From positions 3,717 through 67,716 of the IMG/VR virus record IMGVR_UViG_3300035501_000778: a stretch of 64,000 nucleotides of DNA. One strand, given 5' to 3'. The translations under genes and the position numbers were made by a program. This DNA is from a virus. A model generated the notes under the pieces. The model was given only the letters and a program-made list of their open reading frames with translations, ran no database searches and was not told where the DNA came from. Positions 49,389 through 59,241 of the stretch are shown piece after piece. Numbering within the stretch: the first letter of the stretch is position 1; every line of letters starts with the position of its first letter.

Positions 49389-50782
49389 GAAAGCCCACGA
49401 TGCGTATGAAGGCAACCGACGGGATGTCGCAGTTGCCTTCCCTCACCAAGGAACAGGAAGCCTATCTGTGGAATCAGTTCCACTTCCATGGTATCAATTA
49501 TTCGAATGGATCCTGCGAGTGTTTGGCTTGCGGTCACAAGTGGACGCCCTCCGAGCAGGGTGCCGAGCAGTGTTGTCCCCATTGTGGGACCACACTCTCT
49601 ATGAGCAAGAGCCGTGCCGCCCACTTCAGCGAAACCTTCTACATGGCAGTCCTTACCACGTATGAGGGTTCCCAAGTCCTCCGCTATATCGAGGCGCAGC
49701 GATGGAGTCACCGCTATCTCCAGGAGTGGAACAACGTCGAAGGCAGATGGGTCAAGAAGCCGACCCTTCATACATGGCACAACTACAGAGAGGTCGTGCA
49801 GATATGGCTCGATGAGCAAGGCAATGAGGCGGTAGCCACGCTGCCTGGAACATCCTTCTGGAATAGCACCTTCATGTGGAATGGAAAGATGCGTGTCCGT
49901 GGCACGGTCAAGCAGGTCCAGGCCTCCCAAGTCTATGGTCAGCGTATCTTCCCGCACGTCGTGTGCCCCGATGCTCAAGTACTCCCTATCTTTGAGCGCA
50001 ATGGCTACACTCTCGAGTGTGATGACGTCGACCCTCGCACCTTCATGCTGGCCGTGTTGACCCCCTTCGGTGAGATGCTGGCCAAGACCAAGCGTTTCGA
50101 TTTTCTCTCGTACTACGGCACGCAATGTGCCCGAATGAATACGGACAACATTCGATACCACGCTATCCGCATCGCTATTCGTCACCACTATTACCCGACG
50201 GATATACATAAGTGGTTCAACTATCTCGACAATCTCCGTCACTTCGAGATGGACGACCATAACCCCAAGTATGTCTGCCCTGCCGACCTCGATGCAGCCA
50301 ACAGGGAGTTGAACGAGCGTAGAGTCCGAGAGTATCAGCGCGAGGCTGCCCGCCGTGAGCAAATCCGTATCGAGGCGAAGGCCCGAAAATTGGACGCATC
50401 TTCTCCCGAGCAGAAGCGCTACGAGGAATCCAAGTCGCGTTTCTTCCCTTTGGATATAGAAGATGGCGAGGGCCTTGTTATCAAGCCTCTCCGCACTATC
50501 CAGGAGTTCTACGACGAAGGTGAGTCCATGCACCACTGCGTGTTCAACTGCGAATATTACAAGAGCAAAAGTTCGCTCATCCTCTCCGCTCGTTATAATG
50601 GAGAGCGAGCCGAGACCATAGAGTTCTCGTTGACAACGATGAAAATCCTCCAGTCGCGAGCCAAGTTCAACGGCGTATCTCCCTACCACGAGCGTATCAT
50701 CGCCCTCATGCAGAAGAATCTCGACCGCATCCAGCAACTCAAGGACGCCGCACCCGCTGCCGGCAACACCAAAACAGCGTAA
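49385..50782 (+). CDS. PcfJ-like protein
   Basis: CLACGH, CPHCG, EFYDEGESMHHCV, ETIE..L.T.KILQSR; coupled to PcfK. Confidence 0.85.
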   Translation: MRKPTMRMKATDGMSQLPSLTKEQEAYLWNQFHFHGINYSNGSCECLACGHKWTPSEQGAEQCCPHCGTTLSMSKSRAAHFSETFYMAVLTTYEGSQVLRYIEAQRWSHRYLQEWNNVEGRWVKKPTLHTWHNYREVVQIWLDEQGNEAVATLPGTSFWNSTFMWNGKMRVRGTVKQVQASQVYGQRIFPHVVCPDAQVLPIFERNGYTLECDDVDPRTFMLAVLTPFGEMLAKTKRFDFLSYYGTQCARMNTDNIRYHAIRIAIRHHYYPTDIHKWFNYLDNLRHFEMDDHNPKYVCPADLDAANRELNERRVREYQREAARREQIRIEAKARKLDASSPEQKRYEESKSRFFPLDIEDGEGLVIKPLRTIQEFYDEGESMHHCVFNCEYYKSKSSLILSARYNGERAETIEFSLTTMKILQSRAKFNGVSPYHERIIALMQKNLDRIQQLKDAAPAAGNTKTA

Positions 50783-50813
50783 ACAGATAAACCCTTAAAA
50801 CCCAGTTATCATT

Positions 50814-51479
50814 ATGAAGATGAATCAAATCTCCCTTAGCGAACTGCGTATCATTCTCCGTTCGCTCCATGTGTATCAGCTTGCCCGCCTGGCAGCCGAA
50901 GTGTTCAACGCAGCCTACGTGACTGTATATAGCAAGTCACGCTATCGTTATCAGCCCAACACCAACCTCTACGAGTTCTACGACGAGGTATCCGACACCT
51001 ACCGCTCCTTCACCGAGCATGATATGGTCAGTGAGTTCTGGTCCAATGGCTGGATGATCGAACTGTATGAGTCAGGCAACGATGATAATTATGCGGGCTA
51101 CGACTATGCCTTCCGCCTTGCCTACCTGGAGTATCGCTCTCTCCGCCTCGTCCGTATGCGTAGATGCTTCCGCCACCTCTCCCTCGACGATAAGTGCGAG
51201 GTGGCGATGGAGGCCTTCAACTACGCCCACAACGATGGCTCATGGCCGCTCTACTTCATCCTCGACCATGGCAGTGGTCTCTACCTGGAGCGCGACAGCA
51301 AGCAGGGCCACCGCGTCACTCGCGCCCTCTTCCCCAAAGAGCTGGCCGAAGAGTTCTTCTCCGACGATTGGGATGGCGAGATGATTAGCAACATCGAGTC
51401 TATGGGCCTCGAGGAATACCCTATCTTCAAGGATAAGTTCTTGTCAGATGTACAGAAAATATATACTCAAACCGCGTAA
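50814..51479 (+). CDS. Hypothetical protein
   Basis: 221 aa. Confidence 0.65.
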   Translation: MKMNQISLSELRIILRSLHVYQLARLAAEVFNAAYVTVYSKSRYRYQPNTNLYEFYDEVSDTYRSFTEHDMVSEFWSNGWMIELYESGNDDNYAGYDYAFRLAYLEYRSLRLVRMRRCFRHLSLDDKCEVAMEAFNYAHNDGSWPLYFILDHGSGLYLERDSKQGHRVTRALFPKELAEEFFSDDWDGEMISNIESMGLEEYPIFKDKFLSDVQKIYTQTA

Positions 51480-51504
51480 AAGCAAACCAATTAAGAATAA
51501 AGAT

Positions 51505-51780
51505 ATGACGTACAAGATTTCCTATTCGTTGAGATTCGATGCTGAAGGATATGCCTACAAGCAGAATGTGAATGTAGCGATGACTAAAGGTGAGTACCAA
51601 GACTTTCTGAAAAGATTGAAGTCTTACGGAACGACACGCAATCATAAGCCGATGCGTCCGAACGAAACAATCTTCACCTGCTTGGTCCAGCGCGTTCAGA
51701 TTATGCATTGCTTGAACGCAAACAAGGATAAACGATATATCCGCTGGTATAATACGACTTTCCACTTCAATGTCAAGTGA
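51505..51780 (+). CDS. Hypothetical protein
   Basis: 91 aa. Confidence 0.55.
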   Translation: MTYKISYSLRFDAEGYAYKQNVNVAMTKGEYQDFLKRLKSYGTTRNHKPMRPNETIFTCLVQRVQIMHCLNANKDKRYIRWYNTTFHFNVK

Positions 51781-51805
51781 TAATAATAAAAGCAAAACAA
51801 ACCGC

Positions 51806-51973
51806 ATGAAAACATTCAAAGTAACCATCACCCTTATGGGTGGACGCTCTATCTCTCATCAGGTAGTATCGCGTTCCGAGGAACGTGCCGTCACCAAGGC
51901 CCTCCGCCTCCCTTCAGTAATCAAGTTTATCAACGGCGAGTCACCCATCGCCATAACAGTTGATAAAGTGTGA
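51806..51973 (+). CDS. Small hypothetical protein
   Basis: MKTFKVTI..., A-rich start. Confidence 0.55.
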   Translation: MKTFKVTITLMGGRSISHQVVSRSEERAVTKALRLPSVIKFINGESPIAITVDKV

Positions 51974-52014
51974 AGTCAATCCACTGTTTTAATCATTTAA
52001 ACACCTAAGTAATT

Positions 52015-52635
52015 ATGGCTAATATTTGCAACTCCAACTTCTATCTCTCATCCGATGTCGAAACCCTCAACACCATCCAGGCTGCTGCCGATGCGTGTGC
52101 CTTCGACGTCAAGCCCAACACCGATTCCATCTTGGATAATAGTCTCGAACGCTTCCTCTCCATCCTCGGCATCCCCACCGTGGGTATCGACCTCCGCGCC
52201 GAATTGATTAACGTCGAGCGCGAGGATGATGCCAAGCTCACTATCACCGTCAACTCTGCATGGACGCCGCCCATCGCAGCGTTCGATAGCCTGGTCTTCG
52301 ACAATCGTTTCCGCGATGTCGAAGTCCTGTATATCGCCTTCGAGCCGGGCGAGAATCTCTTCGAGACCAACATTATCGAGCGCGACGACACCTACCTCTG
52401 CTTCTGCATGGAGGACGAAGAGGGTTATCGCGTCAAGTGCGACCACATCTTCGACTCCTACCGGGAGGCGCTGGACTTCCTGAACTTCCACCTTCGCACC
52501 CACTTCGCTGACCTCGACGAGGCGCAGCGCTTTGCGGAGGAAGCCAGTTTCCGTACCAACGACCTCGACCTCTATCTCTATTTCTCTTGCGTCGAATATA
52601 TCGACGAGCCTATCGGTGTTCCCCAGGAAGCATAA
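52015..52635 (+). CDS. YubB/DUF1281-like ferredoxin-fold protein
   Basis: MANICNS, SAWTPP, FEPG motifs. Confidence 0.6.
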   Translation: MANICNSNFYLSSDVETLNTIQAAADACAFDVKPNTDSILDNSLERFLSILGIPTVGIDLRAELINVEREDDAKLTITVNSAWTPPIAAFDSLVFDNRFRDVEVLYIAFEPGENLFETNIIERDDTYLCFCMEDEEGYRVKCDHIFDSYREALDFLNFHLRTHFADLDEAQRFAEEASFRTNDLDLYLYFSCVEYIDEPIGVPQEA

Positions 52636-52657
52636 CCCTTTAAACGAAATATATCTT

Positions 52658-52915
52658 ATGGAAAAGAAAGCATTTCTCAATCTTGTTCCCGAAGTCCTGC
52701 TCAAGCAGGATGTCGCCAATGCCGTATCTCGCCTTGTCGAGAGCGGCTATCTCAACCTCTCCGAGGTCAACGAAGATAATTTCTTCGAGTATCTTTACCC
52801 CATCCTTGCCATCATGTTTGAGCGAGAGCGCGATGTCTGTCTCAACCACGCCCTTATCACCACCACCCGCAAGGTCATCCAGTCTAATTACCGCAAGTAT
52901 AAACAAATCATTTAA
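52658..52915 (+). CDS. Hypothetical protein
   Basis: 85 aa. Confidence 0.6.
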   Translation: MEKKAFLNLVPEVLLKQDVANAVSRLVESGYLNLSEVNEDNFFEYLYPILAIMFERERDVCLNHALITTTRKVIQSNYRKYKQII

Positions 52916-52927
52916 ACCCCTACTGAT

Positions 52928-53488
52928 ATGATGAAAAGAGAATCCTTCATCAAGAAGATGAACAACCAGATGGAAGTCTATCGTATGCTGATTTACTTCC
53001 TCGGAGTATTCGAAACCTATGTCCGTAAGTACGACGGCAAGGTCTACAACGTCCGAATCCGCAACGACTTCAACAACTCCGAGCCTCACTATCAAGGCGA
53101 CCCTTCGGCTCCGCACTGCCGCGTAAGTGTGGAGTATAACGGCTTGTCGCTCTCTGTCTACACGTCGCTCAAATGTGACTACAAGTCCATTCGCATTGAG
53201 TCCGGCCATTCCTCCAAGTGCAAGGCCCAACTCGTAGGCCCCGACAATCGTATCTCCCTCAAGTCCTACCTCGAAATCGAGGCGGACTGGGTGGCGGAAC
53301 TGAACGAGCGCATAGCCTACTACACCTCCCTGCTTGCTCACCTCGATGAGTACGTGAAGATGTACGAAGAGTTCTATCTCCTGGTCCAGGACGTCCGCAA
53401 AGTGCTCCCCAGCGAATTGCAGAATCTTACCCGATTCTATAATATAATGTGCGATAGCACTGTATTCTCTAACTGGGACAACGACTAA
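52928..53488 (+). CDS. Hypothetical protein
   Basis: KYDGKVYNVR motif, 186 aa. Confidence 0.65.
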   Translation: MMKRESFIKKMNNQMEVYRMLIYFLGVFETYVRKYDGKVYNVRIRNDFNNSEPHYQGDPSAPHCRVSVEYNGLSLSVYTSLKCDYKSIRIESGHSSKCKAQLVGPDNRISLKSYLEIEADWVAELNERIAYYTSLLAHLDEYVKMYEEFYLLVQDVRKVLPSELQNLTRFYNIMCDSTVFSNWDND

Positions 53489-53518
53489 TTATCAACCCTC
53501 TAAAAACCCACAAGTAAT

Positions 53519-54394
53519 ATGTCACTCACAACCGACGACACCATCCGTTCCCTTATCGAACGCACCCTCTTCTCCCGCCCCTTCCTCGAATCCATCGTGG
53601 ATGGGTGGGCTGAACTTCACGACCAAGCCTGCGACGGCTGCCTCAATCTCGACCAGTATGTCGATATCCAGGAGTTCGATTCCGACACCTTCTACTATCT
53701 CTCCATCGACGATTCCGACCACGCTCTCTACGAGTGTACTCGCGATGGTCGTGGCGACCCCTGCACCACGGGTCTTGTCCGTATCTACCTCAATGCCGAA
53801 GATGCCCTCGACCCCTGCTCCGTGGACTACGAGGAATACGGCGTCAACGAGTTGCAGGACCGCTTGGACTCCGGCGACTACATCGACTCCGACGACGAGC
53901 CTGCCGTCACCGTCCAAACCCTCGAACGTATCTTCAACGACCAAAGCGATAATCTCGATCACGATTATTTGCCAAACGTCCAGGCTGCCTACCGCTCGCA
54001 ACTCGATACCCTCTCCGCCTCTCTGCTCTCCAAGTTGGAGGCGCGAGGGTTCACCGTCCGCCTCGACCCCTCTATCGGTGGCAATTCCATCAATGGCGAA
54101 GTCCGTCTCATCGAGGATGGTTATGTCTTTACGTGGTTCTACCTCCATCCATTCTCCTATTCCACCCTCGTGGATTACTACCGCTCCCACCATATCTCCT
54201 ATGCCGTCAAGAGTACGGACCCCGCCTTCATCCGCGACATAAAGGAGAAGAAGATGAGCGGCGAATTGCCCGAGCCTAAGGACCCCGCCTGGCTCACCCA
54301 CCTCTACGATACCCTCCATGAGTTCGAAGTCGAGCAGCATATCCAACCGCTCACACCTCCGATTCGCATCATCAACCGGGAGGGCGTCGCATGA
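53519..54394 (+). CDS. Acidic hypothetical protein
   Basis: 291 aa, Asp-rich. Confidence 0.7.
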   Translation: MSLTTDDTIRSLIERTLFSRPFLESIVDGWAELHDQACDGCLNLDQYVDIQEFDSDTFYYLSIDDSDHALYECTRDGRGDPCTTGLVRIYLNAEDALDPCSVDYEEYGVNELQDRLDSGDYIDSDDEPAVTVQTLERIFNDQSDNLDHDYLPNVQAAYRSQLDTLSASLLSKLEARGFTVRLDPSIGGNSINGEVRLIEDGYVFTWFYLHPFSYSTLVDYYRSHHISYAVKSTDPAFIRDIKEKKMSGELPEPKDPAWLTHLYDTLHEFEVEQHIQPLTPPIRIINREGVA

Positions 54395-54561
54395 GTACCC
54401 ATCTCTTCCCCTCGTGTGCATCGGTAGCCTCCAATGCGGCTACCCTTGCCCGCCTGGCCCCGCGTTATCGGGCCTTGACGCGTGCTGCCCAGCAGGAAAT
54501 CCGTGCCTTTCTGCAAAAAAATCCTAAATTTCAACAGCAGTATGCCTCGTATCTCAAATGA
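54391..54561 (+). CDS. 56-aa hypothetical protein
   Basis: ATGA overlap; MSTHLFPS...YASYLK. Confidence 0.45.
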   Translation: MSTHLFPSCASVASNAATLARLAPRYRALTRAAQQEIRAFLQKNPKFQQQYASYLK

Positions 54562-54643
54562 ATCATTACCTTTGCACCAGCGATTGCACCTCGCTGCCTT
54601 GCAAGGGCAAACCAAATAGTATTTACAAAACATTTAAAGTATT

Positions 54644-54889
54644 ATGGAACAGAATTTAAAAATGTCATTCAGTGACTTCTGTCACTATCTCAACACAATC
54701 GACGAATGGTCCGAGCGTTGCTTCCTCATTGCCCGTGCCAATGGCTGGATGTCCACAGCCGACGATAGTTACCTCTGCGTCAACCCCTCCACCTGCGAGG
54801 CCATCGACATCTGCGGCGAGTTCGATAAGTGCTGCATCGTGCAGTTGACCGAGGACGACATCGCCTACCACGGACTCAAGGAATTTTAA
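54644..54889 (+). CDS. Hypothetical protein
   Basis: Promoter TACCTTTG at ~54567. Confidence 0.6.
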   Translation: MEQNLKMSFSDFCHYLNTIDEWSERCFLIARANGWMSTADDSYLCVNPSTCEAIDICGEFDKCCIVQLTEDDIAYHGLKEF

Positions 54890-54902
54890 TTCTACCCCCG
54901 CG

Positions 54903-55169
54903 ATGAACAATCAAGAAATCAAATCCCTCACGATGGGCCGACAGATAAGCCACAGCAACACGTTCCTGTGTTCGTGGCATAGTGTCACGGTATCCGAGGT
55001 CGAGGCAGTAAAGGACGGCTGGAACTTCCGTGGCGAAGGCCGTCCTTCCAACTTTCATTCTATCTTCGTCCGCGATAAGGACGTCGATACCCTGCTCCAT
55101 GCAGGTCAGGTAGAGCGTAAGTTCGTCGTGGGTGGATTCACCTTCCGCGAGGTGTGGACAATTCAGTAA
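54903..55169 (+). CDS. Small protein, paralog of next ORF
   Basis: QEIKSLTMGRQIS...GWNF...IFV. Confidence 0.65.
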   Translation: MNNQEIKSLTMGRQISHSNTFLCSWHSVTVSEVEAVKDGWNFRGEGRPSNFHSIFVRDKDVDTLLHAGQVERKFVVGGFTFREVWTIQ

Positions 55170-55216
55170 TCCGAGCCGGAGCGTTTCTCCGGTATAAAAC
55201 AAGAATCAAATCAGAA

Positions 55217-55483
55217 ATGTTAAAGCAGGAAATCAAAGCTCTCTCAATGGGCAAAATGTTGAGCCAATATAATTCATTCAGTGGCTCTGGCAATTACTTC
55301 ACGGTAAGCGATGTAAAGAAAGTAAAAGGCGGTTGGAATTTCTATGGCGTAAATTGTTGGGATAACGCTTGTGCTATCTTCGTCGCCAACGACGGCGTCA
55401 GCGAGTTGCTCCACACAGGCGAAGTAAGACACGAGTTCGTTATCGAAGGTATCAACTGTTACGAGAACGTGCAAATCAAATAA
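55217..55483 (+). CDS. Small protein, paralog of previous ORF
   Basis: QEIKALSMGKMLS...GWNF...IFV. Confidence 0.65.
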   Translation: MLKQEIKALSMGKMLSQYNSFSGSGNYFTVSDVKKVKGGWNFYGVNCWDNACAIFVANDGVSELLHTGEVRHEFVIEGINCYENVQIK

Positions 55484-55508
55484 GTGAATGGCTTTAAATT
55501 AAAAAGTT

Positions 55509-55892
55509 ATGGCAAAGATTAAGTTGATGACTTCGGAGTTGTCCGTAGATATCATTTCGTGCTTGCTTGACTTTGTGGCAAGTGATAAGCATTACAATGT
55601 GAATTTCGTGAATGGAAAAACTGCTGCGCTGATGTTGAAGGACAATAAGCGCAAGTTTATTCTTGTAGACGATACTCGCAGAGGTGACGAAACAGAACCT
55701 GTTAAGGTTAGCTATTCAAAGATTTTGGAAGGCATCGTAAGCGCAGCGAATAGTGTTGTCAATATGGAAAGTCAGGATGTAACGGCAGTGTCACAGAATG
55801 ATTTAATGAATGGCTTCTATGATATGGACTCCGGCCAATTGGATGAGATTTGGCAGCACGTATTGTACGGAGTTAAACTATTCAAACATTGA
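55509..55892 (+). CDS. Hypothetical protein
   Basis: 127 aa. Confidence 0.6.
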   Translation: MAKIKLMTSELSVDIISCLLDFVASDKHYNVNFVNGKTAALMLKDNKRKFILVDDTRRGDETEPVKVSYSKILEGIVSAANSVVNMESQDVTAVSQNDLMNGFYDMDSGQLDEIWQHVLYGVKLFKH

Positions 55893-55944
55893 TTTAAATT
55901 ATTAACAACCAGGGTCCGAAAGGAACCTACAAAACAATCAGATT

Positions 55945-56205
55945 ATGACAACGAAATCGAACGAATTATGGAAAAACGGTTCTTTCGCCGATGGCGATTG
56001 GGCGTACTACGAAGTGAAAAAGGGCACAAAGTATGTGACTCTCTACTACTACACACGTGTACAGGGAAACTCTGACGAGAGCTGGAGCTGGCCTGCCGAT
56101 CAGACAGAACGACTGATCAACGCGCTCAACGAAATGGGAGGCGAAGGCGCCGTTCATGCGATGCCGACACCGACGAAATATCACAAGAGTAAGCCGGTTC
56201 TCTAA
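55945..56205 (+). CDS. Hypothetical protein
   Basis: 86 aa. Confidence 0.6.
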   Translation: MTTKSNELWKNGSFADGDWAYYEVKKGTKYVTLYYYTRVQGNSDESWSWPADQTERLINALNEMGGEGAVHAMPTPTKYHKSKPVL

Positions 56206-56230
56206 CCAGAAACTTTAATAACCCATCAGT

Positions 56231-56566
56231 ATGAAACAGAAGGATCAATACACCTACCTCCATCCCCACTACGACAAGTTCGTCGCCGTCTACAACGGCC
56301 TCGCCCACTACTTCAAGATGCGCGACCAGTACCTCTTCCGTGTGGCTCCCGAGTCCGACTTCCTCGCCGAGAACGAGGCAGTCACCGACGACCGTTACCG
56401 CTACTTCTATATCCCTGGCAGCATCGTCAGCATCCGCACACTGTTGCTCAAGCGCAAGCAGTTCGCCACATTCCCCGTCACCCTCCAAGGCACCCCTCGT
56501 CCTGGAGTGAAACTCCTTCCCGAATACTATCAGTTCCATGGGGCAGGGGAGGGCCTCGCCGTATGA
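56231..56566 (+). CDS. Hypothetical protein
   Basis: 111 aa. Confidence 0.6.
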   Translation: MKQKDQYTYLHPHYDKFVAVYNGLAHYFKMRDQYLFRVAPESDFLAENEAVTDDRYRYFYIPGSIVSIRTLLLKRKQFATFPVTLQGTPRPGVKLLPEYYQFHGAGEGLAV

Positions 56567-57006
56567 TGAAGTCTTTCATGTGTGGCATCTGCGCCTTTCT
56601 CTTCGTGATGGTGGACATTCTTCACCACGGCTTTGGCGCCACCCTCGCTATCTATGCGATAGCCATTGCGCTCTTCATCCTCTACCGTATCTTCTTTGGC
56701 AAGGTAGAGGATGCGCCACGTAAGCCGTCGGCGTATGTGTCTTACCCCACGATATGGGCCAAGAATCAGACGATGAAACGTCTTATCCAAGCCAGCCCGC
56801 AAGGTCGTGTCTACCTCGATGAGTTGTGCGCCCAATGGCCCGGCTGTCAGTTCAACGAGTTTTCTTTCACAGACTATGAGTTTGACCTCCATTACGAGCG
56901 ACGTCGTTGGCATCGTCCCCGACCGTACTTCACGCTGCGCCCCGAGTCGGAGTGGTCTCTTCCTCCGTTGAATGATTATCCCACCCCTCGCGCTTATATC
57001 TTGTAA
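56563..57006 (+). CDS. Membrane-anchored hypothetical protein
   Basis: Two N-terminal hydrophobic segments, ATGA coupling. Confidence 0.6.
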   Translation: MMKSFMCGICAFLFVMVDILHHGFGATLAIYAIAIALFILYRIFFGKVEDAPRKPSAYVSYPTIWAKNQTMKRLIQASPQGRVYLDELCAQWPGCQFNEFSFTDYEFDLHYERRRWHRPRPYFTLRPESEWSLPPLNDYPTPRAYIL

Positions 57007-57007
57007 C

Positions 57008-57052
57008 AAAAAAATAGGGCCACCGAATTTGCACCTCGGTGGCCCTCTTGTT
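57008..57052. terminator. Intrinsic terminator
   Basis: AGGGCCACCGA-N9-TCGGTGGCCCT with A-run on the left. Confidence 0.7.
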
Positions 57053-57323
57053 AATTTACAAAACATTCGAATCTACCCGACGTTCCTCGCGGAGCGCACC
57101 TGGGATATTCAGTTGCAAAGATACTTCATCCCTGCCAATCCCCCTAACATTCCCCTCAATCTTTAACAAAGATTAATTCTCTCCGCTTTCCCTCTCATTA
57201 CCCGATATGAAATCTAAAAGAAATATAAAAACAATATCGGAGTGAAACCAATCCAAAACAAAATCCTTACCTTTGTGCCGACAGAAATAGATAATATAAC
57301 ATTAACCCAAACTCTTAACATAG

Positions 57324-57806
57324 ATGACGCAGTTGTCTTACGTGTCGTTGTTCCGCTTGCGCCAGTTGGTCCGCACCTCGCGCACTACCCCCGACACCGT
57401 GTCGGTCCGTTCCTTTTCGGGCACGATGGATTACACCTATTCGCGCACGCGATTGTTCACCCATCGCGCCAAGTTGGCCATCCTCCTTTCGCAGGTCACG
57501 GATTCCATGAAACAGTCCTCCGGCCAGCCGGACTATTGGATGCACGCTCGTTATGACTATGCGGGCCGTGTCTGGACCACCGACCTCTCCGATGCGGATG
57601 AACTCCTGGCTATGGGTCGCGCCCTTGGCTATGTCTCTGTCCTCGATGCCGACCCCGATGCCTCGTGCGATATGCCTCGCGTCCTTATCCTCGATCGCAC
57701 CGCTGCCGAGGACGAACGTCAGCTCCCTCTCCACGAGCGCAACCGCCGTCTCTCGTCGTGGTCCTTCGCCTACCTCCGCAAGCCCCTTGTGTCATCGCCT
57801 AAATAA
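57324..57806 (+). CDS. Hypothetical protein
   Basis: 160 aa, promoter TACCTTTG at ~57268. Confidence 0.6.
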   Translation: MTQLSYVSLFRLRQLVRTSRTTPDTVSVRSFSGTMDYTYSRTRLFTHRAKLAILLSQVTDSMKQSSGQPDYWMHARYDYAGRVWTTDLSDADELLAMGRALGYVSVLDADPDASCDMPRVLILDRTAAEDERQLPLHERNRRLSSWSFAYLRKPLVSSPK

Positions 57807-57815
57807 GTAAACAGT

Positions 57816-58262
57816 ATGCAGAATCCCTACGATTTGACGCTCTCACCCGTCATACCTCGGTTCTACACCGACCCTAAGACCGGACGCAAGTTTTTCAATA
57901 AAGGCTCTGTGCCTACCCACGTCAATGGCAAGACTTACGAGGAAGCCTATGGCCCCGAACGCGCTGCGGACATCAAGCGCCGTATCTCCGAGGCGATGAA
58001 AGGCTTTAAGCATAAGCCCGACCGCCGTCCGGCTCACACGCGTTCCATCGTGCGCATCCTTCCCGACGGCAGTGTACTCCATTATCCCTCCGTCGCAGCG
58101 GGTGCTCGTGCGGTGGGTGTCAGTGGAAATGCTATCCGTCAGCGCATCAGACTCTCGTCCACCTTGCAGGGCCGATGGTTCTACGAGGCGGACTCCACCC
58201 TCTGGCAGCGCTATCACTCCACCCTTATGCAGCGTATTAATCAACCCCAAACCCCACAGTAA
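57816..58262 (+). CDS. NUMOD-type DNA-binding motif protein
   Basis: GKTYEEAYG, KRRISEAMKG, YPSVAAGARAVGVS. Confidence 0.6.
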   Translation: MQNPYDLTLSPVIPRFYTDPKTGRKFFNKGSVPTHVNGKTYEEAYGPERAADIKRRISEAMKGFKHKPDRRPAHTRSIVRILPDGSVLHYPSVAAGARAVGVSGNAIRQRIRLSSTLQGRWFYEADSTLWQRYHSTLMQRINQPQTPQ

Positions 58263-58263
58263 C

Positions 58264-58839
58264 ATGATCACCGTAATACCCCACCACGACCTTGCCGAGG
58301 CAGCCTACGAGAATGCCGTGCGCCACGGCTTTCACACCGGCAGTTCTTCCTACGTCACCTACCTCTCCCTCATTCTGTCCGAGGTCTACGAGGCCCTCGA
58401 TGCTCACCGTAAGGACCGCCGTTCCTCCCTCTCCGTCAACTTCTATCTCCATAATGATTTCACGGATGATAAGCAGTTCGCCGATTGGTATCGTCAGATA
58501 TGTTCCTCCACGTTCGAGGATGAACTTGCCGATGTGGTGATTCGCCTCTACGACCTCTCCGCTCACTGCGGTCTCTCGTTGGATGCGCACATCTATCCCT
58601 ACGACCATACCTTCTCCAACTGCACCGCTATGGGCCTCGATGAGTATGCCGAGTTTGCCTATGCCTTCACCGAGAATGTAGTCCGCATAATGTCTGCCGA
58701 TTCGTCCCTGGGTATTCCCCTCGCCATCAACACGGTCTACGAGTATGCCTATCGCTGCAACATCGACCTCTACCACCATGTCCTCATGAAGATGCGTTAC
58801 AACACCCTCCGCCCTTACCGTCATGGTGTCCGCTATTAG
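58264..58839 (+). CDS. MazG-like nucleotide pyrophosphohydrolase
   Basis: LILSEVYEALDAHRK, EDELADVVIRLYDL, KMRYNTLRPYRHG. Confidence 0.75.
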   Translation: MITVIPHHDLAEAAYENAVRHGFHTGSSSYVTYLSLILSEVYEALDAHRKDRRSSLSVNFYLHNDFTDDKQFADWYRQICSSTFEDELADVVIRLYDLSAHCGLSLDAHIYPYDHTFSNCTAMGLDEYAEFAYAFTENVVRIMSADSSLGIPLAINTVYEYAYRCNIDLYHHVLMKMRYNTLRPYRHGVRY

Positions 58840-58890
58840 TCCGCTCTCTGCCCTTACCTTTGCGTGTGAATAATTAAAACCCGTTAAGCA

Positions 58891-59208
58891 ATGTCATACT
58901 ACAAGCAGACTTATATCTCCGACGGCACCCCCGCGCGTGCCTTCCGTCTCGCCTCCCGCTCGCTGCTGGATTACAGACGGCTGGGTGTCATGGTCAATCG
59001 CGTCGATCGCCAGGGCCACCGCATCCCCTTCCGCCTCCGTTTCTGTTCCCTTAAAGGGGAACTCATCGAGTGGAGCAATGTTATCTGCACCTCGCGCAAC
59101 CCTCGTGCCCGCACCCACACCTATCTCTCCATCGAGTCGCACAACTATCGCACCGTCAAGGATGCCCTCGTGCTGATGATAGACAACACCAAAATCGTAG
59201 TCGAATAA
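58891..59208 (+). CDS. Hypothetical late protein
   Basis: Late-type promoter variant upstream. Confidence 0.65.
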   Translation: MSYYKQTYISDGTPARAFRLASRSLLDYRRLGVMVNRVDRQGHRIPFRLRFCSLKGELIEWSNVICTSRNPRARTHTYLSIESHNYRTVKDALVLMIDNTKIVVE

Positions 59209-59241
59209 TTTACCACCTAACCCCATACTCTTACAGCGCTT

